Assembly (NCBI GenBank): GCA_964016885.1
Contig: CAXHJY010001158.1
Location: 1-64,000, forward strand
Direction: 5' to 3'
Length of the DNA stretch: 64,000 nt
Origin: Eledone cirrhosa
Lineage: Eukaryota
Shown here: one piece after another, positions 23,526 through 32,700 of the stretch
How the letters are laid out: each line of letters starts with the position of its first letter
How positions within the stretch are numbered: position 1 is the first letter of the stretch
The notes under the pieces: model-generated
The model's input: the letters and a program-made list of their open reading frames with translations, nothing else
Databases searched by the model: none
What the model was told of the DNA's origin: nothing
Made by a program: the position numbers and the translations under genes

Positions 23526-24629
23526 ACGATAGAAGACGTTCGTTACCGCTGGAGCAACGCAAATTACTCCTCGGTTGACGCCAAAAACGAACGCCTTCTC
23601 GACGGCTAGCCGCATTTCGTGATCCGCCTTTCGATTGCGCTTCCGTCGCGGAAAAAGAATTGCCTTTATAGGCCGCCGCCGCCGCCCGACCGGACCCACG
23701 ATAGAAGACGTTCGTTACCGCTGGAGCAACGCAAATTACTCCTCGGTTGACGCCAAAAACGAACGCCTTCTCGACGGCTAGCCGCATTTCGTGATCCGCC
23801 TTTCGATTGCGCTTCCGTCGCGGAAAAAGAATTGCCTTTATAGGCCGCCGCCGCCGCCCGACCGGACCCACGATAGAAGACGTTCGTTACCGCTGGAGCA
23901 ACGCAAATTACTCCTCGGTTGACGCCAAAAACGAACGCCTTCTCGACGGCTAGCCGCATTTCGTGATCCGCCTTTCGATTGCGCTTCCGTCGCGGAAAAA
24001 GAATTGCCTTTATAGGCCGCCGCCGCCGCCCGACCGGACCCACGATAGAAGACGTTCGTTACCGCTGGAGCAACGCAAATTACTCCTCGGTTGACGCCAA
24101 AAACGAACGCCTTCTCGACGGCTAGCCGCATTTCGTGATCCGCCTTTCGATTGCGCTTCCGTCGCGGAAAAAGAATTGCCTTTATAGGCCGCCGCCGCCG
24201 CCCGACCGGACCCACGATAGAAGACGTTCGTTACCGCTGGAGCAACGCAAATTACTCCTCGGTTGACGCCAAAAACGAACGCCTTCTCGACGGCTAGCCG
24301 CATTTCGTGATCCGCCTTTCGATTGCGCTTCCGTCGCGGAAAAAGAATTGCCTTTATAGGCCGCCGCCGCCGCCCGACCGGACCCACGATAGAAGACGTT
24401 CGTTACCGCTGGAGCAACGCAAATTACTCCTCGGTTGACGCCAAAAACGAACGCCTTCTCGACGGCTAGCCGCATTTCGTGATCCGCCTTTCGATTGCGC
24501 TTCCGTCGCGGAAAAAGAATTGCCTTTATAGGCCGCCGCCGCCGCCCGACCGGACCCACGATAGAAGACGTTCGTTACCGCTGGAGCAACGCAAATTACT
24601 CCTCGGTTGACGCCAAAAACGAACGCCTT
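23523..24629 (+). repeat. 172-bp GC-rich tandem repeat (6 full + 1 partial); putative rDNA spacer subrepeat
   Basis: Perfect 172-bp period, located ~360 bp upstream of the 18S 5' end. Contains TTTATAGGCC. Confidence 0.85.
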
Positions 24630-24987
24630 CCGGTTCGGGCGACGTAAAAGTCTGTAGCCTTTTCGCCGATCCTCGACGATTATCCGCCTTCCGAACAACC
24701 GCCTTTCCGCCGTCACAGCAGTAGGTACTCGTCCGTCGTAATAGCCGTCATTTTAATGCAGGAGAAACGCCTAAATGCACTGCGATTGACGACGATCTAC
24801 GACGCGCTTACTCTTCCTTGCTGCGACGAAGGTTTCGTTCGGCTTTTCGTCGTGGACCCGGTCAGGTCATGCCGCTGATCTCGCGTTGCGTCGTTACCGC
24901 TGGAGCAACGCAAATTACTCCTCGTTTAACGCCAACATCGAACGCGCTTCGGTTCTCGGTCGTCGTTGTTTTGTTTCGTGCGGAAGA
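24630..24987 (+). other. 5' ETS-like segment; copy B at 58021-58378
   Basis: CpG-rich sequence between the spacer repeats and the 18S start. Assignment is positional. Confidence 0.55.
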
Positions 24988-25172
24988 TACCTGGGTGATC
25001 CTGCCAGTAGTCATATGCTTGTCTCAAAGCTTAAGCCATGCAAGTGGAAGTTCATGCCGTAAACGAAAATGGTGAAACCGCGAATGGCTCAGGAACCGGA
25101 TCTAATCCTCGGGACCGTATTCCTCACCGCGAGGAGAGGATAACTGTGGCAATTCTAGAGCTAATACATGCA
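24988..25172 (+). pseudogene. 18S rRNA 5'-terminal fragment (~185 nt)
   Basis: TACCTGGGTGATCCTGCCAGTAGTCATATGCTTGTCTCAAAG...GAAACCGCGAATGGCTCA...GGATAACTGTGGCAATTCTAGAGCTAATACATGC matches the conserved eukaryotic 18S start; similarity then breaks off. Confidence 0.95.
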
Positions 25173-25177
25173 ATTGA

Positions 25178-27742
25178 GATCGGAGAGGGAGCGATCCGTC
25201 TGCTTGATTCCGATAACGAACGAGACATTCGTATCCGAAAGAACGTTTGTCTGGAAACTGGTGAGTCAGTGAGTCGAAAAAAAAATATCTCGGTGGTAGT
25301 AGCAAATATTCGAACGAGACATTCGTATGCGAAAGAACGTTTGTCGGTGGTAGTAGCAAATATTCGAACGAGACATTCGTATGCGAAAGAACGTTTGTCT
25401 GGAAGTGGCGATCCATGCCCGGTGGATAGTTGGTTCCGGGTTTTACTATGATTGTTGCAAAACAGAAACTTAAAGGAATTGACAGAATTTGCGATTCCGG
25501 AGAGGGGGCGATCCGTCTGCTTGATTCCGATAACGAACGAGACATTCGTATCCGAAAGAACGTTTGTCTGGAAACTGGTGAGTCAGTGAGTCGAAAAAAA
25601 AAATATCTCGGTGGTAGTAGCAAATATTCGAACGAGACATTCGTATGCGAAAGAACGTTTGTCGGTGGTAGTAGCAAATATTCGAACGAGACATTCGTAT
25701 GCGAAAGAACGTTTGTCTGGAAGTGGCGATCCATGCCCGGTGGATAGTTGGTTCCGGGTTTTACTATGATTGTTGCAAAACAGAAACTTAAAGGGATTGA
25801 CAGAATTTGCGATTCCGGAGAGGGGGCGATCCGTCTGCTTGATTCCGATAACGAACGAGACATTCGTATCCGAAAGAACGTTTGTCTGGAAACTGGTGAG
25901 TCAGTGAGTCGAAAAAAAAAATATCTCGGTGGTAGTAGCAAATATTCGAACGAGACATTCGTATGCGAAAGAAAAATATCTCGGTGGTAGTAGCAAATAT
26001 TCGAACGAGACATTCGTATGCGAAAGAACGTTTGTCTGGAAGTGGCGATCCATGCCCGGTGGATAGTTGGTTCCGGGTTTTACTATGATTGTTGCAAAAC
26101 AGAAACTTAAAGGGATTGACAGAATTTGCCATTCCGGAGAGGGGGCGATCCGTCTGCTTGATTCCGATAACGAACGAGACATTCGTATCCGAAAGAACGT
26201 TTGTCTGGAAACTGGTGAGTCAGTGAGTCGAAAAAAAAATATCTCGGTGGTAGTAGCAAATATTCGAACGAGACATTCGTATGCGAAAGAACGTTTGTCT
26301 GGAAGTGGCGATCCATGCTCGGTGGATAGTTGGTTCCGGGTTTTACTATGATTGTTGCAAAACAGAAACTTAAAGGGATTGACAGAATTTGCGATTCCGG
26401 AGAGGGGGCGATCCGTCTGCTTGATTCCGATAACGAACGAGACATTCGTATCCGAAAGAACGTTTGTCTGGAAACTGGTGAGTCAGTGAGTCGAAAAAAA
26501 AATATCTCGGTGGTAGTAGCAAATATTCGTATGCGAAAGAAAAGATCTCGGTGGTAGTAGCAAATATTCGAACGAGACATTCGTAGGCGAAAGAAAAATA
26601 TCTCGGTGGTAGTAGCAAATATTCGAACGAGACATTCGTATTCGAAAGAACGTTTGTCTGGAAGTTGCGATCCATGCCCGGTGGATAGTTGGTTCCGGGC
26701 TTTACTATGATTGTTGCAAAACAGAAACTTAAAGGGATTGACAGAATTTGCGATTCCGGAGAGGGGGCGATCCGTCTGCTTGATTTCGATAACGAACGAG
26801 ACATTCGTATCCGAAAGAACGTTTGTCTGGAAACTGGTGAGTCAGTGAGTCGAAAAAAAAAATATCTCGGTGGTAGTAGCAAATATTCGAACGAGACATT
26901 CGTATGCGAAAGAACGTTTGTCGGTGGTAGTAGCAAATATTCGAACGAGACATTCGTATGCGAAAGAACGTTTGTCGGTGGTAGTAGCAAATATTCGAAC
27001 GAGACATTCGTATGCGAAAGAACGTTTGTCTGGAAGTGGCGATCCATGCCCGGTGGATAGTTGGTTCCGGGTTTTACTATGATTGTTGCAAAACAGAAAC
27101 TTAAAGGGATTGACAGAATTTGCGATTCCAGAGAGAGGGCGATCCGTCTGCTTGATTCCGATAACGAACGAGACATTCGTATCCGAAAGAACGTTTGTCT
27201 GGAAACTGGTGAGTCAGTGAGTCGAAAAAAAAATATCTCGGTGGTAGTAGCAAATATTCGAACGAGACATTCGTATGCGAAAGAACGTTTGTCTGGAAGT
27301 GGCGATCCATGCTCGGTGGATAGTTGGTTCCGGGTTTTACTATGATTGTTGCAAAACAGAAACTTAAAGGGATTGACAGAATTTGCGATTCCGGAGAGGG
27401 GGCGATCCGTCTGCTTGATTCCGATAACGAACGAGACATTCGTATCCGAAAGAACGTTTGTCTGGAAACTGGTGAGTCAGTGAGTCGAAAAAAAAATATC
27501 TCGGTGGTAGTAGCAAATATTCGTATGCGAAAGAAAAGATCTCGGTGGTAGTAGCAAATATTCGAACGAGACATTCGTATGCGAAAGAAAAATATCTCGG
27601 TGGTAGTAGCAAATATTCGAACGAGACATTCGTATTCGAAAGAACGTTTGTCTGGAAGTTGCGATCCATGCCCGGTGGATAGTTGGTTCCGGGCTTTACT
27701 ATGATTGTTGCAAAACAGAAACTTAAAGGAATTGACAGAATT
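25178..27742 (+). repeat. Chimeric 18S/28S-derived tandem array, 8 monomers (263-372 bp)
   Basis: Monomer carries the 18S motifs GATTCCGGAGAGGG, TTCCGATAACGAACGAGAC and GAAACTTAAAGGAATTGAC, plus the 28S motif ATCTCGGTGGTAGTAGCAAATATTC. Periods 318, 319, 263, 359, 372, 263, 359. Confidence 0.9.
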
Positions 27743-27778
27743 TTCGAATCGACATCAACTCGGCTACGGCTATCCCGT

Positions 27779-28125
27779 CGAGTACGAGAGTATCGCGGGA
27801 TCAGAGCAACGGTTTGCTAGGCTGCCTCTGAGCGATAACGGCTGAACGCCTCCTCTAAGCCGGAACCCTAGCCGGACCCGAGTTGTTTTTCGACAAGCGT
27901 CTCGACCTTCTTAAGGCCCATGCCTTAGTTTGGCGATTGCCGTCCGTTCGCCGACGGCGGCAGCGTCAGCGGAAATGCCATTCTGTGACGACTACGACGA
28001 TTCGTCGTCGTCCATTCGATTTCCTGAAAGAGATAGAGACTAAAGTGATCAAATTGTTCGGAGTTACGTGCTTAGTAGAGCAGCTACCACACTGCAATCT
28101 ATTGAGAGTTTTCTGACGAACGATA
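27779..28125 (+). pseudogene. Diverged 28S rRNA 3'-terminal fragment
   Basis: AGTACGAGAG, GATAACGGCTGAACGCCTC(CT)CTAAGCCGGAACCC and GTAGAGCAGCTACCACACTGCAATCTATTGAGAGT occur in the order of the conserved LSU 3' motifs (sarcin-ricin loop AGTACGAGAGG, CTGAACGCCTCTAAG, CTGCGATCTATTGA). Confidence 0.8.
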
Positions 28126-28859
28126 CAATCCGCCCACGTGGCGCCAGAAAGGGAGAAGAAAAGAAAAGTTAGACGCCGCCGATCGATCGGTTCGTTGTTT
28201 TACGTGTACACAGCTTGTGTGTGTGTCTGTATGTGATACAAGCCGCCTATCCGTCTTCCAAGTAAGTTTTGTGTGTAGACTGCGGAAAGAAATCCAATCC
28301 GCCGTCTAGGCGGTTCTGCCGCCGACCCATACTTTTGCGAGTCGCTCCCGGGAAAGACAGGCGGCAAGACGGCGTGTATACACGACGCCTTCCGTCTTCC
28401 GCCTCGAACCCGGCAAACGTTCCTTTATTCGTCCACGCCTTCCCGCTTCGATCGCGAGAAAGTAATCAATCTGTTTTGTGTGTGTGTCTGTGTGTGATAC
28501 AAATTTGTTTTCTTAATTTGATAACCATGAATTGTTTCAACACCGGCCCTTTTAAGGGCCACTTATATTTTCAATAATCAGTTTAAATGGGTTGCACCGT
28601 AGCCACTTGGTAATACACTGCAAATCTCCCGTCAATCTATGAAGGTTTTGTAGTAGATTAGATCAAAACACAATCAGCAAGACAGTAATGGAATGAATAA
28701 TATAAACATTTGTTTATAATTAAAGCCTTAAGATGTCCCTCCCTCCCTCACTTCCTTCCTTCCTTCCTTCCTTCCTTCCTTCCTTCCTTACGATATACAC
28801 TTTAATAACATTGAAACTTATTTAATAAGTTTAAATTTTAAACACTTTTTATTCAGACG

Positions 28860-28990
28860 TACCGCGATAAGTAACTAGATATGTTCTAACGAATAATCCG
28901 CGATGTGGCGAGGATTACCGCGATAGGAAATTAGATACGTTCCAAAGAAATATCCGCGAAAAGTGAACCGCGATATAGCGGGTTCACCAG
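28860..28990. mobile_element. Possible Tigger/pogo-like MITE remnant
   Basis: Five CCGCGA motifs ending CCGCGAAAAGTGAACCGCGATATAGCGGG, resembling subterminal repeats of such MITEs. No partner end found. Confidence 0.35.
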
Positions 28991-28992
28991 CC

Positions 28993-29050
28993 AGTGTATT
29001 ACTGGTACTTTATTTTATCGACCCCCATAAGGATGAAAGGCAAAGTTAAC
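28993..29050 (-). mobile_element. SINE core fragment, inverted relative to a second fragment at 29280-29336(+)
   Basis: Reverse complement of the 7945-8002 core. Confidence 0.7.
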
Positions 29051-29146
29051 TGTGCAATAACAAAGGGAGATAACCTCGTCTTTTTTTTTTTACGGAGTTA
29101 TTTCCCTTTAAATTTTATCTATTACTTATGATGATACAATTTAATC

Positions 29147-29277
29147 AGTTCTTAGCTGTCGAGACACTGCATCCTTTAAAACCTCCATGGAACAAGCTAC
29201 CTGCAACAGTTGTTAGCTGTCGAGACACTGCATCTTTTAAAACCTCCATGGAACAAACTACCTGCATCAGTTGTTAG
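29147..29277 (+). repeat. 61-bp tandem duplication derived from the CR1-group ORF2 C-terminus
   Basis: CATGGAACAAGCTACCTGCAACAGTTGTTAGCTGTCGAGACACTGCATC matches the reverse complement of 10290-10345 (WNKLPASIVSCRDTASFK). Confidence 0.8.
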
Positions 29278-29544
29278 GGTCTGAGTTCAAATCACGCCGA
29301 GGAGGTTAACTTTGCCTTTCATCCTTACGGGGTCGGTCGGAAAACGAACCATTCCCGGTTCGCTTTCGAAGCGGGTTTCCGAAAACAGCGCTTCTCTCGA
29401 CCGGGCCCGTCGTCCGCTCGGCGGTGGTTTTCATCGTCCCAGGCACGGCTAACAGGCGGAGACGGGACAAACGCGCGTGTTCCTTTTTTTATCAGCCGCA
29501 GCGCCGTTCGTATATATGCTTAGGTTGTTTTTTTTTTAAATATC

Positions 29545-29776
29545 CTAAGTTAAGTTGGGGCTAAGTTAAGTTGGGGCTAAGTTAAGTTGAGGTTAAGTTG
29601 AGTTGGGGTTAAGTTAAGTGGGGGTTAAGTTAAGCTGGGGTTAAGTTAAGTTGAGGTTAAGTTAAGTTGGGGTTAAGTCAAGTTGGGGTTAAGTTAAGTT
29701 GGGGTTAAGTTAGGTTGGGGTTAAGTTAGGTTGGGGTTAAGTTAAGTTGGGGTTAAGTTAGGTTGCGGTTAAGTTA
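29545..29776 (+). repeat. G-rich telomere-like 16-bp repeat (TTAAGTTAAGTTGGGG)n, ~14 copies
   Basis: Directly visible, with TTAGG and TTGGGG variants. Abuts the palindrome array. Confidence 0.9.
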
Positions 29777-29778
29777 CA

Positions 29779-32700
29779 TTCGCCGCCGGACTTCAGCTTC
29801 CTCATTTAGCATGGGCAGTTTTTCTTGAAAATCACACCACACACAGCGATCGTGGGCCGGCCGGATGTTGACGGATCGATGTGTAATTAGAAGTACATGT
29901 GCGGACACTCATTGGCTGTGCGTGGTATGCATTTCAGCAAGATATCTCCGTAACATCAAGAGTTATGGCTGTGGAGGCACACCTAGTCAAACGTAAAAAT
30001 GGTCTGGAGCGTTTACGCTTCGCGATTTTGTTTACGTTTGACTAGGTGTGCCTCCACAGCCACAACTCTTGATGTTACGGAGATATCTTGCTGAAATGCA
30101 TACCGCGCACAGCCAATGAGTGTCCGCACATGTACTTCTAATTACACATCGATCCGTCAACATCCGGCCGGCCCACGATCGACGCACAGGGCCGGATGGC
30201 CCGTTTTCAGTGAATTTTCACCGGAATCGATCTGTAATTACTGGTACATGTGCGGAGACACATTTGCTGTGTGTGGTGTGATTTTCAAGAAAAACTGCCC
30301 ATGCTAAATGAGGAAGCTGAAGTCCGCCGGCGAATGGTGTGCTTCGAAGAAAACTAATTCGAAAATGACCGTTTGCAGGCGGAGTAACCTTTTCGATCGT
30401 GGGCCAGCCGCCCGTGGTGGGATCCATCTGTAATTACTGGTACATGTGCGGACATACATTTGCTGTGTGTGGTGTGATTTTCAAGAAGAACTGCCCATGC
30501 TAAATGAGGAAGCTGAAGTCCGCCGGCGAATGGTGTGCTTCGAAGAAAACTAATTCGAAAATGACCGTTTGCAGGCGGGGTAACCTTTTCGATCGTGGGC
30601 CAGCCGCCCGTGGTGGGATCCATCTGTAATTACTGGTACATGTGCGGACACACATTTGCTGTGTGTGGTGTGATTTTCGAGAAAGACTGCCCATGCTAAA
30701 TGAGGAAGCTGAAGTCCGCCGGCGAATGGTGTGCTTCGAAGAAAACTAATTCGAAAATGACTATTTGCCGGCGGAATCACCTTTTCGGTCCTGGTCCGGC
30801 CGGATCTTGCCGGATCGATCGGAAATTTGTGGACCATGTTCGGAAGGCCATTGTGCATGTGTGGTGCAAAAAATTTGTGTCGAAATCTTCTCGGAAAATA
30901 ACGGATCGCCGGCGGAGATTGCCATTTCGATCGTGGGCCGGCCGGATCTTGTCGGATCGATTCGGACATATGTGCATCGTGTTCGCAAGGCCCTTGTCTA
31001 TGTGTGGTGTGATTTTCATAAAGAAATTCCGAAAAACCCAGTTTTAAATCTGATTTCGCCAAAGAATTTTGGCTATCAGATCGGGTTGAAAGGTATGGTT
31101 TCAGGTCGATCTGAAAGTCTAAAATGGAATTCACTCGGTTAGCTAACTATTGATATATCGGAGATATCTTTCTGAAAATCACACCACACACTCCCAATGA
31201 GTGTCTGCACATGTACCAGTAATTACAGATGGATCCCACCACGGGCGGCCGGCCCACGATCGAAAAGGTTACTCCGAAGCACACCATTCGCCGGCGGAAT
31301 TCATTTAGCATGGGCAGTTTTTCTCGAAAATCACACCACACACAGCCAATGAGTGTCCGCACATGTACCAGTAATTACAGATGGATCCCACCACGGGCGG
31401 CTGGCCCACGATCGAAAAGGTTACTCCGCCTGCAAACGGTCATTTTCGAATTAGTTTTCTTCGAAGCACACCATTCGCCGCCGGACTTCAGCTTCCTCAT
31501 TTAGCATGGGCAGTTTTTCTTGAAAATCACACCACACACAGCAAATGTGTGTCCGCACATGTACCAGTAATTACAGATCGATTCCGGTGAAAATTCACTG
31601 AAAACGGGCCATCCGGCCCTGTGCGTCGATCGTGGGCCGGCCGGATGTTGACGGATCGATGTGTAATTAGAAGTACATGTGCGGACACTCATTGGCTGTG
31701 CGTGGTATGCATTTCAGCAAGATATCTCCGTAACATCAAGAGTTATGGCTGTGGAGGCACACCTAGTCAAACGTAAACAAGGTCTGGAGCGTTTACGCTT
31801 CGCGATTTTGTTTACGTTTGACTAGGTGTGCCTCCACAGCCACAACTCTTGATGTTACGGAGATATCTTGCTGAAATGCATACCGCGCACAGCCAATGAG
31901 TGTCCGCACATGTACTTCTAATTACACATCGATCCGTCAACATCCGGCCGGCCCACGATCGACGCACAGGGCCGGATGGCCCGTTTTCAGTGAATTTTCA
32001 CCGGAATCGATCTGTAATTACTGGTACATGTGCGGAGACACATTTGCTGTGTGTGGTGTGATTTTCAAGAAAAACTGCCCATGCTAAATGAGGAAGCTGA
32101 AGTCCGCCGGCGAATGGTGTGCTTCGAAGAAAACTAATTCGAAAATGACCGTTTGCAGGCGGAGTAACCTTTTCGATCGTGGGCCAGCCGCCCGTGGTGG
32201 GATCCATCTGTAATTACTGGTACATGTGCGGACATACATTTGCTGTGTGTGGTGTGATTTTCGAGAAGAACTGCCCATGCTAAATGAGGAAGCTGAAGTC
32301 CGCCGGCGAATGGTGTGCTTCGAAGAAAACTAATTCGAAAATGACCGTTTGCAGGCGGGGTAACCTTTTCGATCGTGGGCCAGCCGCCCGTGGTGGGATC
32401 CATCTGTAATTACTGGTACATGTGCGGACACACATTTGCTGTGTGTGGTGTGATTTTCGAGAAAGACTGCCCATGCTAAATGAGGAAGCTGAAGTCCGCC
32501 GGCGAATGGTGTGCTTCGAAGAAAACTAATTCGAAAATGACTATTTGCCGGCGGAATCACCTTTTCGGTCCTGGTCCGGCCGGATGTTGCCGGATCGATC
32601 GGAAATTTGTGGACCATGTTCGGAAGGCCATTGTGCATGTGTGGTGAAAAAAATTTGTGTCGAAATCTTCTCGGAAAATAACGGATCGCCGGCGGAGATT

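Noticed and set aside
23386-24716. 125-aa repeated ORFs in the 172-bp array
   Set aside because: 172 is not a multiple of 3, so the ORFs cycle through frames of a non-coding repeat.
25178-27742. CRISPR-like appearance of the hairpin-containing 54-bp repeats
   Set aside because: Intervening sequences are themselves repeated, so there are no unique spacers. There are no cas genes, the context is eukaryotic and the motifs are rRNA-derived.
27743-27778. Possible 5.8S rRNA remnant between the array and the 28S fragment
   Set aside because: Only very short word matches (ATCGACATC, ACTCGGCT), too weak to call without a covariance-model search.
24988-28125. Functional 18S/28S rRNA genes
   Set aside because: Only ~185 nt of contiguous 18S and ~350 nt of diverged 28S are present; the rest is scrambled fragments.
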